This document shows, piece after piece, positions 41,895 to 52,120 of a stretch of DNA of 64,000 bases. This DNA is from an uncultured delta proteobacterium. GTDB lineage: Bacteria; Desulfobacterota; Binatia; UBA9968. Positions within the stretch are counted from its first letter, which is position 1. The number at the start of each line of letters is the position of its first letter. The notes beneath the pieces are model-generated. The model saw only the letters and a program-made list of their open reading frames with translations. It did not search any database and was not told the DNA's origin. The position numbers were made by a program, and so were the translations under genes. The DNA lies in NCBI GenBank assembly GCA_963745035.1, contig CAVUVW010000013.1:288001-352000 (forward strand), written 5' to 3'.

Positions 41895-43109
41895 ATGAAA
41901 TATTTTCTTTCAACTGTCGCCGCTATTTTTCCTGCTGCGATTTTTTTGCTGTCTGCCGGGACCGCCGTTTACTCCCAGCCGGTGGCAAGCTTCTTCTACG
42001 ACGAGCGCGGCAACGTAATTCGCCAGACCCAGGACACCAACGGCGACGGCAAGATCGATCGCGCGATTATTTATAACGCCCAGGGACAGACCGACCGGGT
42101 CGAACAGGATCTTAACTTCGACGGCAAAGCCGATGTGTTCATTTACTACGAATCCGGCAAACCCGCCCGTCAGGAAATCGCGAGCAAAAACGACGGCCAA
42201 GTCGACACCTGGCTGTATTTGAATATGAAGGGCGAAATCGAACGCAAGGGCCAGGATACAGAGCGCTCAGGAAAACCGAATCTGTGGATCTATTATGAAA
42301 ACGGCCAACCGGTGCGCAGTGAGGAGACCGCCAAGGCAACCGGAGCGGCCCATCGAAAAGTTCACTACAAAGACGGCAAGATCAGCCGGGTGGAAGAAGA
42401 CAGCAACGGCGACGGCAAGCCGGACACGTTCTCGTACTTTGAAAACGGCCAGGTCGTGCGCAAGGACCTGGATCGAAAACACCTGGGAAAAATCGATTTG
42501 TGGGGTTACTACCAGGACGGCCGGTTGATAAAACAGGAAGAAGACGTGCGCGGCGACGGCAAAGTGAGCCGGGTGCTTTACTTTCGCGGCGACGAAGTCC
42601 TGCGCCGCGAGGAAGATACCGGCGGCCGCGGCCGCATGGACTTGATCGAGCTGTTTGCCCAGGGGCGGCTTACGCATCGATTGCGCGATAGCAAAGGAGC
42701 CGGTAGGTGGGATACGCTCTATTCTTATCGCGACAATCAACTTGCGAGCGAAGAGCGCGACACCGACGCCGACGGCTTTTTCGATCTGAGAATTTTATAC
42801 GAAAAGGGAGCGATCGTGGCCCAGGAGGCCGACACCAACGGCGACCGGCGCGCCGACGTATGGGTGCGCTTTGAGAACGGCGAGCGGGCCGAACAGCTCG
42901 AGGACCAAAAGTACCAAGGCAAAGTCACCGCTCGCTATGTTTTGAAAAACGGCGCGGTCGCCCAGCAGGAGCAATTGGACAATGCCGAACCGCCGCGGCT
43001 CTCCGAGCCGTTCGGTGCAGTCGAGCGGGCGTTACCAAGCACGGGAGAGCCGGCGAGCCGCGCCGCCAATGCCTTGTCCGGGGTAGAGTCTCGCGTTGAA
43101 ATAAAGTAA
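41895..43109 (+). CDS. exported protein made of ~24-aa DxNGDG/beta-hairpin repeats
   Basis: Signal peptide, then about 14 repeats such as DTNGDGKID..IY, DLNFDGKAD..IYY, DSNGDGKPD..SYF and DTNGDRRAD.WVRF. Confidence 0.75.
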   Translation: MKYFLSTVAAIFPAAIFLLSAGTAVYSQPVASFFYDERGNVIRQTQDTNGDGKIDRAIIYNAQGQTDRVEQDLNFDGKADVFIYYESGKPARQEIASKNDGQVDTWLYLNMKGEIERKGQDTERSGKPNLWIYYENGQPVRSEETAKATGAAHRKVHYKDGKISRVEEDSNGDGKPDTFSYFENGQVVRKDLDRKHLGKIDLWGYYQDGRLIKQEEDVRGDGKVSRVLYFRGDEVLRREEDTGGRGRMDLIELFAQGRLTHRLRDSKGAGRWDTLYSYRDNQLASEERDTDADGFFDLRILYEKGAIVAQEADTNGDRRADVWVRFENGERAEQLEDQKYQGKVTARYVLKNGAVAQQEQLDNAEPPRLSEPFGAVERALPSTGEPASRAANALSGVESRVEIK

Positions 43110-43135
43110 GATTTGCCCCTCCCGGCTGGAGCGAA

Positions 43136-44269
43136 ATGAAAAATCGATCCCGCTTTTTTTTGTTGCTGCCATTGCTCGCGCTTTGCGCCTGCGAGCCTGT
43201 GGCGGTGCAATATCCGCCGGGCTCGCCACAGCAGTATCCCCAGCCGAATTCAGGTGGCTCGGTCGCCGCCCCGCAAGCGCCGGAGGTGAGCGGATCGCAG
43301 CGCTGGCAGCACGCCTGGACCAAAGCGATGGAAGGGATAGCCATGGGGGGCGCGCTCCTCGGTCCCTACGGCGCCGGCGGCGGTTTGGTAATCGGCCTCA
43401 TCACCGGCCTGGTCACCGCGGATGCGCATTACGGCCAGATTAACAATCAGATCCACACCGAACAAAGAAAAGAACAGCAACTCGAGGCGGCCATCGAACA
43501 GGAGTTGGCGCGCCAGCGAGAGTTGGAAAACCAGCTCGCCGGCGTGCCGGCGCAGCCCAAGCCGGCCGAGATGCAGTCCGGCGCCGCGAAAAGTCCGCCG
43601 CCGCAAGCCGCCCCGGCGCAGACACCGCTCGCCCGCCCTCCTTCCAATCAGACCGGCGTCGCGGCATTGACCAAGCCGGCGGTGAATGCATCGGCGCCCA
43701 AGCCGTTCAAGAACGTCGATGTGCGGGACGTAAACGGCGACGGCGTGCCGGACCTGTGGATTTACTACGATCCACAGCGACCCAACGAAATTATCCGGCA
43801 GGAGGAGGCGACCCAGGCCGACGGACGCGTCGATGCGTGGAGCTATTTCAAGGACGGCAAAATGATTCGGCGCGAAGTGGACACCCGCCAATCGGGAAGG
43901 CCGGACAGAGTCTATTTTTACGAGGGCGACAGGATTGCGCGTGAGGAGCGCGATGAAAGCGGCCAAGGCGCCATGACCTACCGCGCTTTGTACGACAACG
44001 GCCGCCTCGCCCGCGTCGAGAAGGATTCAAGCGGCCGTGGCCGGGCGGACCTGTGGACTTACTACGACACCGGCAGCGACGGAGAAATCATCGTCAAGGA
44101 AGAGCGCGATCTCAACGGTGACGGCATCCCGGACCTTTGGTCGCACTTTGAAAACGGCCGCTTGGCGCGCCGCGACGTGAGCGCTGTCGGTCTTGAAATC
44201 TTGTCCAAAACGGAACAGCTTCCGGCGCCCGCCGTGGAATTCATTCAGACAGTGATTCCGGGTAAATGA
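43136..44269 (+). CDS. lipoprotein with glycine zipper, coiled coil, Pro/Ala linker and DxNGDG repeats
   Basis: Lipobox LCAC, GGALLGPYGAGGGLVIG, an EQ-rich helix, DVNGDGVPDLWIYY and DLNGDGIPDLWSHF. Confidence 0.75.
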   Translation: MKNRSRFFLLLPLLALCACEPVAVQYPPGSPQQYPQPNSGGSVAAPQAPEVSGSQRWQHAWTKAMEGIAMGGALLGPYGAGGGLVIGLITGLVTADAHYGQINNQIHTEQRKEQQLEAAIEQELARQRELENQLAGVPAQPKPAEMQSGAAKSPPPQAAPAQTPLARPPSNQTGVAALTKPAVNASAPKPFKNVDVRDVNGDGVPDLWIYYDPQRPNEIIRQEEATQADGRVDAWSYFKDGKMIRREVDTRQSGRPDRVYFYEGDRIAREERDESGQGAMTYRALYDNGRLARVEKDSSGRGRADLWTYYDTGSDGEIIVKEERDLNGDGIPDLWSHFENGRLARRDVSAVGLEILSKTEQLPAPAVEFIQTVIPGK

Positions 44270-44270
44270 C

Positions 44271-45297
44271 ATGACCGCGCAGAGTTCCACTCGATGGGGG
44301 AGACCTGAGCCTTCTCCCTCTGTTCCGCAGTCGATTTCTAGTCTCTTCGATACTTTTTCATAGTCTGCTTTTGCTCCTGGCGCTGCGCGCGGCGACGCTG
44401 ACGATCGTCAAGCCTCGACCTGAGACCCCGATCTCAGTGCAGTTGCTGGAAGTGCGGGACGGCGCCTCCACCACCAAGAGCATCGGGCCGAGCGTAGGTC
44501 CCGGCGGCCCGCGCACCGCGCCGAAGCTGGGAACGCCGGTCGCGCCCGCGGAGCGAAGCGGCAAGCTTGACGCCGGCTCACTGGAAACCTCGATTCCGGC
44601 GGACAAGCCCGTCGAAGCCGCGCCGCCGGCCAAGCCTGTTCCCATGCCCGGACCAAAGGTCCTGGCTGATGCTCGCTCGGAAGCCGTGAACGTCAAAGAA
44701 ACGTCGCCCGACTCGTTGGTGCACCTGCCGACCAAGGAGACTCCGACTCAGCTCCCGAGCAGCGCCGCCGCCGATCTGGAAGCGAACCAAAGAAGCCTCG
44801 CGGCGCTCAAGAACGCCGGCGATCCCGCCGGCATAAAAGCGCTCAAAGAAGGCACACAAATTCCCGGAGCGCTCAAGGGCACAGGTTCCGGAACGGGTCC
44901 TTTGGGCGTACCTGGTGGCAGCGCCGCCGGCAGCGGAATGACGGGCGGCGGAACCGGCGCGGGGTCGGGCGGCGGCAGCGCGACCGGCCTTAAAGGACTG
45001 TCGAGCGCCGACTACAATCGCTATCTCAGTCAACTCAAGAAGCGGGTCGAATCGGTCTGGAAATATCCCGATGGCGTGTCGGGAGTGCAGAAGGTGGCGA
45101 TTCTCTTTACCCTCGATCGCGCCGGTCGCTTGATGCAGTCGGAGATTTTGGAATCCACCGATGCGCGACTGAACGCGAGCGCGGTCGAGGCGATGAAGCG
45201 CGCGGCGCCTTTTGCGCCGATCCCGGAAAGCTTGAAGGATCTTGCCAACACGCCGCTGCGCATGCAGTTCACGGTGAGCATCGGCGTGCGCGGTTGA
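44271..45297 (+). CDS. TonB/TolA-family energy transducer (probable frameshift near 44320)
   Basis: TM segment with the SILFHS (SxxxH) motif, Pro/Gly-rich linker, and TonB_C domain Y..QLKKRVESVWKYP...FTLDRAG...LN.SAVEAMKRAAPF.PIP. Confidence 0.85.
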
Positions 45298-45455
45298 GCT
45301 TCGCTCATCTCGCCGAGCCTTATCCCGGAGTTCGCTGTCACGACGGCAGGATGGTGCCCCAGGCGGCAGATCGTTCTCACCCGCGAAATTCGGGTTCATT
45401 GCATTAGTTTTTATTTGCGGTAATCATCACCGAAGCATTCGGAAGGAATTTTTTC

Positions 45456-46085
45456 ATGGAGCCGCAGCCGGGTCTCGATCTCATCCAGATTATTCATCAA
45501 GGCGCTATCGCCACCTATCCGTTGATTCTCATGTCGATCGTCAGCGTCGCGGTGATTTTCGAGCGGCTTTGGTCGCTGCGCAATATCGGCTCGGCGACGG
45601 TCCGGGTCACGGACGCGATGTTGGAGCCGGCGCGCAAGGGGCAACGCGACTTGGCGATCGCCATCTGCAAGCAAAATTCGAATTGCCCTGCCGGCCGCAT
45701 CTTTCTCAACGTCCTGGAGCGCGACGCCGGCGCGCGCGCCGAGGCCGCCAGCGGCGCCGCCACCGAAGCGCTGTTCGAGGAAACACAAAAAATGAGAAAG
45801 CATCTTTGGATCCTGGGCACGGTGGCGAGCAGCGCGCCGTTCATCGGCTTGTTGGGAACGGTCGTCGGCATCATCAAATCCTTCGAAAGCATGGCCGTGG
45901 CGGGAACCGGCGGCTTTGCCGTGGTCGCAGCCGGCATTTCCGAAGCCCTAGTGGCCACCGCCCTCGGCCTCGGTGTAGCGATCGTCGCGTTGATTTTTTA
46001 CAACTATTTTCAGAGCCGCATCGCGGCCTTGAACGGCCTATTTCGCATTCAGGTCGGCAAGGTCTTGCAGACCCTGAGCGCCTGA
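45456..46085 (+). CDS. MotA/TolQ/ExbB proton channel protein
   Basis: LGTVASSAPFIGLLGTVVGI and GISEALVATALGL. Confidence 0.93.
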   Translation: MEPQPGLDLIQIIHQGAIATYPLILMSIVSVAVIFERLWSLRNIGSATVRVTDAMLEPARKGQRDLAIAICKQNSNCPAGRIFLNVLERDAGARAEAASGAATEALFEETQKMRKHLWILGTVASSAPFIGLLGTVVGIIKSFESMAVAGTGGFAVVAAGISEALVATALGLGVAIVALIFYNYFQSRIAALNGLFRIQVGKVLQTLSA

Positions 46086-46094
46086 GGAACTGTT

Positions 46095-46520
46095 ATGGCC
46101 ATGACTCCACTCGGCGGCAACGACGAGAGCTCCGAGATCGTTGCCGAGATCAACATCACGCCGTTGACCGACATCTTCCTCGTGCTGCTGATCATCTTCA
46201 TGATCACCAGCTCGGCGATGATCGAGTCCGGCGGCAAAGTGAACCTGCCGAAAGCGGTCGCCACCCAGTCCGAGTCGCGTGGCATCACCGTAACCCTTAC
46301 GCCCAAGCGCGAGATCTTCGTCAATCAAAAGCCCGTGTCCGAAGAAGGCTTGGAAAAAGCGCTGCAAGATGCGCTGAGCAACAACGCCGCCAAGATCGTG
46401 ATCCTGCGTGGCGACCGCGAAGTCCTGCTCGGCGACACGGTGAAGGTGATGTCGATCATCAAGCGGGCCGGCGCCTCAGAGATCGCCATCGCAGCCGAGG
46501 CCGAGAGAAAAGTTCGCTAG
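46095..46520 (+). CDS. ExbD/TolR biopolymer transport protein
   Basis: EINITPLTDIFLVLLIIFMI, VNLPKA and LRGDR. Confidence 0.93.
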   Translation: MAMTPLGGNDESSEIVAEINITPLTDIFLVLLIIFMITSSAMIESGGKVNLPKAVATQSESRGITVTLTPKREIFVNQKPVSEEGLEKALQDALSNNAAKIVILRGDREVLLGDTVKVMSIIKRAGASEIAIAAEAERKVR

Positions 46521-46707
46521 CGAAATTCCGCAGGCCGCACTCGAGTCCGGCCGCAAAGTCGTCTCACACCTGGCCATCCATATTCCGCAGCGCAATGCCG
46601 CTTTGGGCCCATTGATCACAACCCGCTCGGCGGCGATAAGATATCGCCTTCACCACAGAGGATTGCGCCCCGCGAAGCGCAACTGCGGATTCGAGTTAAG
46701 GGCGGCG

Positions 46708-47958
46708 TTAACGAGCGGGCGTGTCGGTGGGTGGCGGTAGTTGGGCGGGACGAGCGCCGCCGCCTTGGCGATTGCGCTCGATCTCACGTTGGATTTCCTC
46801 GGAGCTTTTGCCTAAACGGTCCACTTCCAATTGGAGATTTTTTTCCTTCTCGAGAAACACTTCGAGCTCCAGCGACTTGCGCGTTCCCGATTGATAAAAA
46901 ATCGTCGTCGAAGCACGCCCGTTGGAGCCGTCGCTGGCGCGCGCCAAGACTTCGATTTGATTGCGTCCTTCGACCACCGGCACCGCCGATGAAAAAAATC
47001 CGTCGGCAGCCAGGCGCAGATGGGTCGCCTTCTGACCGCTGGTCTGGTTGACCACCTGCACGTATTCGACTCCGACGATCGAGATATTGTCGAGCACGGC
47101 GAGCACGTCCACCGGGCGCACCACCGGCGTGTAAGTGCCGCCGCTCTCACGCGCAATCCCGAGCGCCGCTCGCGGATAGGAGAGCGCTTCTTCACCGAGC
47201 GCAAAGACGTGGACTTTGATGCCCGCCTTGCCGGCCAGCCGAGCCGCATTGATCGCCAAGGCGGTATCCTCGGGTGTGGCGCGTTTGCCGCCGCCGATCG
47301 GCAGCGACGGAAAGCCGTCGGTCAGAAGAAACTGAACTTTGATCGCGTCGGCGCGCTTTTCGCTCGTGCCCAAACCGAAAAGCTCGGTGGTCGCCATGCG
47401 AATGCCTTCGACCATATTGGTGCCGCCATACGGTCCGGCGCGCAAAATCTCGGTCAGCACGCGGCGCACCTGCTCGAAATCATGGGTGAGCGGCTGCATG
47501 AGCTTCGCCCCTTCGCTGAAAGTCAGCACGCCCACCCGGGTGGTCTGGGCGTTGAGCTGTACGAGCAGGCGGCGCGCCGCGGCCACTTCCGCGGCCAGGA
47601 TGGAGTTTCTCGGGTTGCGCAGCGACGGTCTGCCGACGCTCATGCCGCCGATAAAGATCTGCGGCGCGCCGAGCCCGGAGGTTTCCGGAGGTTGATCCGC
47701 GTCGCCCAAGTCGGCGCCGGCGTATATCGCCGTGCTGCCGGAGACGTCGATGACCAGAAAAATATCGACGTTTTCCGACCGCCCGGTCTCGCGCGCTATC
47801 TTGCCGCTGACGAAAATCGAATTTTTATCCTGGCTAATCCGGCTGCCGTCGCTGGGCGAGAGGATTTCCACCCGGGGCTCGGCCGCCCATGTCGCGAACG
47901 GCAGGCCCAAAAAAAGGAAAAGTCCAAAAGTAAAAATCGACAATGGACTTTTGTTCAT
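46708..47958 (-). CDS. exported von Willebrand factor A domain protein with Ig-like flanks
   Basis: Signal peptide, VEILSPSDGS, MIDAS DVSGS...GGTNM...LLTDG, VPVVEGRNQIEV and a C-terminal coiled coil. Confidence 0.85.
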   Translation of the reverse strand: MNKSPLSIFTFGLFLFLGLPFATWAAEPRVEILSPSDGSRISQDKNSIFVSGKIARETGRSENVDIFLVIDVSGSTAIYAGADLGDADQPPETSGLGAPQIFIGGMSVGRPSLRNPRNSILAAEVAAARRLLVQLNAQTTRVGVLTFSEGAKLMQPLTHDFEQVRRVLTEILRAGPYGGTNMVEGIRMATTELFGLGTSEKRADAIKVQFLLTDGFPSLPIGGGKRATPEDTALAINAARLAGKAGIKVHVFALGEEALSYPRAALGIARESGGTYTPVVRPVDVLAVLDNISIVGVEYVQVVNQTSGQKATHLRLAADGFFSSAVPVVEGRNQIEVLARASDGSNGRASTTIFYQSGTRKSLELEVFLEKEKNLQLEVDRLGKSSEEIQREIERNRQGGGARPAQLPPPTDTPAR

Positions 47959-48071
47959 GGGCCACCGTTCCGAGACCCACGCTATCACGATTGACCCAGT
48001 GGGAAAAGAGCGCGAAAAATGCGCGAAACGATTTGCGTGCCCCGAAACGGTCATCATGCTACAATTTCTTT

Positions 48072-48809
48072 ATGATCAAGGTGGTTTTTGTCCTGGCTTG
48101 CTTGATCGGCTGGTGCGCCATCGCCGACGCGCAGTATATCGTGGTCTTAAAAAACGGCCGGCAGTTGGCCGTGCAAAGCTATCGCGAGGACGGCGCGACA
48201 ATCCGGTTTTCCGGCATGGGCGGTGAGATCGCCATCGGCAAGGACCAAGTGCAAACCATCCGGCGCGCCGGCCCGAGCGATCGAAGCGCGATTTCCAACC
48301 TCGACCAGGATCGGCCGAGCAAGCCGCCGGCCGCAACGGTGCCGTCCCCCGCCGCAGCCCCAGCGCCTGAGGCGAAACCGTCCGCGCCGTCGCCCGCAAC
48401 CGACGAGCAGGCGCCCGCCACTCGGGCAGACGAAGAACAGGCCTACCAGCAAAAAGTCAAAGAGCTCACCGCGCAACTGAAGGAGCTCCGCGAACGGTAT
48501 GCACTGATCACCCGCGGCACCAAGGGCTCGGAGCCGAGCTTCTTTACCACCGAAGAAGCGTTCCGCGGACATCAGGAAGATTTGCTGTCGCGCCTGCGCG
48601 ATGCGCAGTTCAAGGCCCAGGGCCTGCCGAGCGGCGCCAATGCCACCTCGCCGCCATTTTCCCTGGATCCGCCGCCGGCCTATTCGGAAAAGCAAAAAGA
48701 GCTAAGCGAGCTGCGCAATCGCATTACCGAGCTCGAAAACCGGCGGGAGAGACTGATCGACGAGATGAAAGCGAAGAACTTCGACACCGGCTCGCTATTC
48801 TTGGATTAG
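48072..48809 (+). CDS. exported hypothetical protein (small beta domain, Pro-rich linker, coiled coil; DUF4124-like architecture)
   Basis: Signal peptide ending [11 protein letters not shown]...GGEIAI..DQV..I, PAPA linker and heptad helices. Confidence 0.65.
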   Translation: MIKVVFVLACLIGWCAIADAQYIVVLKNGRQLAVQSYREDGATIRFSGMGGEIAIGKDQVQTIRRAGPSDRSAISNLDQDRPSKPPAATVPSPAAAPAPEAKPSAPSPATDEQAPATRADEEQAYQQKVKELTAQLKELRERYALITRGTKGSEPSFFTTEEAFRGHQEDLLSRLRDAQFKAQGLPSGANATSPPFSLDPPPAYSEKQKELSELRNRITELENRRERLIDEMKAKNFDTGSLFLD

Positions 48810-49238
48810 TCTCGCCGCTGCCCGCAGCCCCAGAAGATAACTCTCCGCACCGAATCCGGCGATCTGCCCAACCGCTACTTCGGCTATGTAGGAATGGTGC
48901 CGAAACGTTTCGCGCCGGTGAATGTTCGAGATGTGAATTTCGACGGTGGGAATCGCCGCTGCGGAAATCGCGTCGCGCAGCGCCAGGCTGGTGTGTGTGT
49001 ACGCCGCCGGATTGATGACGAGCGCCGCGCAACGGTCCGCCGCTTCCTGAATCCAGGTGACCAGCTCGCCCTCCGAGTTGGACTGGCGGAAATCGATCTC
49101 CACGCCGAGCTCCCCGGCAAGGGCACGAACCTGCCTTTCGATTTCCGCCAGCGTGGTCTTGCCATAGATTTCCGGCTGCCGCCTGCCTAGGAGATTGAGA
49201 TTGGGGCCGTTGAGCACCAGAATTTTTTTTGTTGCCAT
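48795..49238 (-). CDS. aroQ: type II 3-dehydroquinate dehydratase
   Basis: [33 protein letters not shown] and EIHISN. Confidence 0.96.
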   Translation of the reverse strand: MATKKILVLNGPNLNLLGRRQPEIYGKTTLAEIERQVRALAGELGVEIDFRQSNSEGELVTWIQEAADRCAALVINPAAYTHTSLALRDAISAAAIPTVEIHISNIHRRETFRHHSYIAEVAVGQIAGFGAESYLLGLRAAARLIQE

Positions 49239-49276
49239 CGCTTCCCTCTGTCGCGCCGGTGAATAAGGACGGCAAT

Positions 49277-50353
49277 CTACGCGGCCAGACCGCGGAGAAT
49301 TTCCTCCGGCGCCAGCCAGTGAAAGCGCGTCCTGCCGATGCCCTCGCACATGACGAACTTGATCTTGCCGCCCGCGACTTTTTTATCGATCTCCATCGCC
49401 TGAACGAGGCTGCGAAGCGAAACCTCGGCGGGAATTGCCACGGGAAGCCCGGCTTTTTCCACCAGAGCGGCGATCCGCTTGAGGCTCTCCGCGTCGCACA
49501 GTCCTTGGCTGACCGAGAGGGCCGCCGCTTTGATCATGCCGATCGCTACGGCTTCGCCGTGGAGAAAACGCCGGTAGCCGGTCGCGGCTTCCAACGCGTG
49601 ACCGACGGTGTGGCCGAAGTTGAGTACCGCGCGATGATCGTCCTCGCGCTCGTCCATCTCGACGACGCGCGCTTTGATCGCGCAGGAGGTCGCGACGATT
49701 TGTGTGAGCAGTTGGGGATTGAGCCCGATAATGTGCTCCATGGCGTTTTCGAGCAGAGAAAACAGGCGCGGGTCCTCGATGATGCCGTATTTGATCACTT
49801 CCGCGAGCCCGGCGAGCAATTCCCGTTTCGGCAGCGAGCGCAGCACGGCGATATCGATCACGACCAATTTGGGTTGATAAAACGCGCCGATCAGATTTTT
49901 GCCTTCCGCGTGATTGACCGCAGTCTTGCCGCCGACGCTCGCATCGACTTGCGCGAGCAGGGTGGTCGGCAGCTGCGCGTAGGGAATGCCGCGCAGATAC
50001 GTCGCCGCAGCCAAGCCCGCCAGATCGCCGATGACGCCGCCGCCGAGCGCGAGCACGCAGGATTTTCGTTCCAAGCGCGCGGCGATCAAGCGCTCGTAGA
50101 TGGTCGCCAGCGATGCGAGGTTCTTGTGTTCTTCGCCGTCCGGGACCAGCACCGGCGCGACGTCGAAGCCGGCGTGGCGCAACGAATCGTACACCGGATC
50201 GAGATAGAGCTGCGCGACCACGGGATTGGTGACGATCGCGGCTTTGCCGCGCAGCCCGGCCTGGCGGAGCAGCTCGCCGGTCTGCTCCAGGAGCCCCGCG
50301 CCGATGTGAATCGGGTAGGAACGTGCACCGAGGTTGACCGTTAGACTCTGCAT
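49277..50353 (-). CDS. aroB: 3-dehydroquinate synthase
   Basis: [26 protein letters not shown] and [10 protein letters not shown]. Confidence 0.97.
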   Translation of the reverse strand: MQSLTVNLGARSYPIHIGAGLLEQTGELLRQAGLRGKAAIVTNPVVAQLYLDPVYDSLRHAGFDVAPVLVPDGEEHKNLASLATIYERLIAARLERKSCVLALGGGVIGDLAGLAAATYLRGIPYAQLPTTLLAQVDASVGGKTAVNHAEGKNLIGAFYQPKLVVIDIAVLRSLPKRELLAGLAEVIKYGIIEDPRLFSLLENAMEHIIGLNPQLLTQIVATSCAIKARVVEMDEREDDHRAVLNFGHTVGHALEAATGYRRFLHGEAVAIGMIKAAALSVSQGLCDAESLKRIAALVEKAGLPVAIPAEVSLRSLVQAMEIDKKVAGGKIKFVMCEGIGRTRFHWLAPEEILRGLAA

Positions 50354-50868
50354 GGCTTTTCCTGCGCCCGCTCGAGAGCGAAGATGATCTTATCGACCAC
50401 CTGATCGATCGTCAGGCCGCTGGTGTCGATAGTGATTTTGGCTTGCGCGTAGCGGCCCTGGCGCTCGCGCAGCAGCTCCTCGACGCGCGCGCGCACATCG
50501 CCGCCTTTGAGCAACGGGCGCTTGGAATTCCTCCCTACCCGGCTGAGCAGCGCTTCCGTCGAAGCGGTGAGACCGATGAGCCGGGATTTTTCCTGGAGCA
50601 GGCGCAAATTTTCCTCGTCCATGACGATGCCCCCGCCGGTGGCGATCACTTGGCCCGGCCGGGCAAGCACCTCGTTCAGCATCTTTTTTTCCAAACCGCG
50701 AAAATACGCTTCCCCCTGGCGCGCGAAAATCTCGCGGATCTTGCATCCCTCGGTTTTCTCGATCAGCGCATCCAGATCGACGAAACGGCGGCGCAGTCTG
50801 CGCGCGAGGTTGCGCCCGACGGCGCTCTTTCCCACCGCCATGAAGCCGACCAGGGCGATGTTTTCCAT
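50341..50868 (-). CDS. aroK: shikimate kinase
   Basis: GFMAVGKS, GEAYFR, ATGGG and RPLL. Confidence 0.95.
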   Translation of the reverse strand: MENIALVGFMAVGKSAVGRNLARRLRRRFVDLDALIEKTEGCKIREIFARQGEAYFRGLEKKMLNEVLARPGQVIATGGGIVMDEENLRLLQEKSRLIGLTASTEALLSRVGRNSKRPLLKGGDVRARVEELLRERQGRYAQAKITIDTSGLTIDQVVDKIIFALERAQEKPCRV

Positions 50869-50881
50869 CTGCGGTTTCGGC

Positions 50882-52078
50882 CTAGTAGTTTTTGATCTGT
50901 TCGAGATAGTTCTCGTAGTTGCGCTTGATCTCGCGCAGCGAGTCGCCGCCGAATTTTTCCAGAAACGCCTTGGCGATTTCGAAGGCGACCACTGATTCGC
51001 CCACCACCGCAGCCGCCGGCGCGGCGCAGACATCCGAGCGCTCCACCGAGGCGTCGGCGGGCTGCTTGGAGCGCAGATCCACCGACTGTAGCGGGCTCAT
51101 GAGCGTGGAGATCGGCTTCATCGCCACCCGGACGACCAGCGGCGCGCCGTTGGTCATGCCGCCTTCCGTGCCGCCGGAATTGTTGCTGCCGCGATAAAAT
51201 CCGGTGGGCACGATGCGCGGCGTGCCTTCGCTGACCATTTTGCCGGGGTCGAAAAAGATCTCGTCGTGCACTTGCGAGCCGCGCTTGCGCGCCATCTCGA
51301 AACCCAGGCCGATCTCGACCCCTTTCATGGCCTGGATGCTCATCAGCGCCTGCGCCAGGCGGCCGTCAAGCTTGCGATCCCATTGGGTGTGCGAACCCAG
51401 GCCCGGCGGCAATCCCAGCGCCACGACCTCGAAAACGCCGCCGAGCGTATTGCCTTCCTTTTTGCACTGTTCGATGAGCGCGATCATTTGCGCTTCGGCC
51501 GCGCCGTCGGCGGTGCGCACGGGCGATTCGTCCGAGCGGACGTAAATCTCGTCGAAGGAAAGCCCGCTCAGATTCGCCGCCACGCCGCCGAGCGAGCGGA
51601 TATAGCCCATGACGCGGACGCCAAAGGGCGCAAGGAGCTGTTTGGCAAGCGATCCGACCGCGGTGCGCGCCACGGTCTCACGGGCGCTTGCCCGCTCGAG
51701 AATATCGCGCACGTCGGCGCGGTCGTATTTGAGCACGCCGTTGAGATCGGCATGGCCCGGACGCGGTTTGGTCACCGCGATCTTGTCGTCGCGATCCTCG
51801 GGCAAGGCCGACATCTTCTTGGTCCAGTTTTTCCAATCGCGATTCTCAATGCCCAAAGCGATCGGCGCGCCGATGGTTTCGCCCCAGCGGATGCCGGAGC
51901 GAACCTGCGCTTCGTCTTTTTCGATGAGCATGCGCCCGCCGCGGCCATAGCCTTGTTGGCGGCGCCACAGATCGTGATTGATCTTGCCGATTTCTATAGG
52001 AAACCCGGCCGGCACCCCGTCGATAATCATGGTCAGACAAGGGCCATGGGATTCTCCCGCCGTGAAATACCGCAACAT
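50882..52078 (-). CDS. aroC: chorismate synthase
   Basis: TAGESHG, PRPGHAD, ERASARET, MKPIST and ERSDVC. Confidence 0.97.
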   Translation of the reverse strand: MLRYFTAGESHGPCLTMIIDGVPAGFPIEIGKINHDLWRRQQGYGRGGRMLIEKDEAQVRSGIRWGETIGAPIALGIENRDWKNWTKKMSALPEDRDDKIAVTKPRPGHADLNGVLKYDRADVRDILERASARETVARTAVGSLAKQLLAPFGVRVMGYIRSLGGVAANLSGLSFDEIYVRSDESPVRTADGAAEAQMIALIEQCKKEGNTLGGVFEVVALGLPPGLGSHTQWDRKLDGRLAQALMSIQAMKGVEIGLGFEMARKRGSQVHDEIFFDPGKMVSEGTPRIVPTGFYRGSNNSGGTEGGMTNGAPLVVRVAMKPISTLMSPLQSVDLRSKQPADASVERSDVCAAPAAAVVGESVVAFEIAKAFLEKFGGDSLREIKRNYENYLEQIKNY

Positions 52079-52120
52079 GCGGGGGTATCGTAACTTAATT
52101 CTTGGGAAATTACAGCAGCG

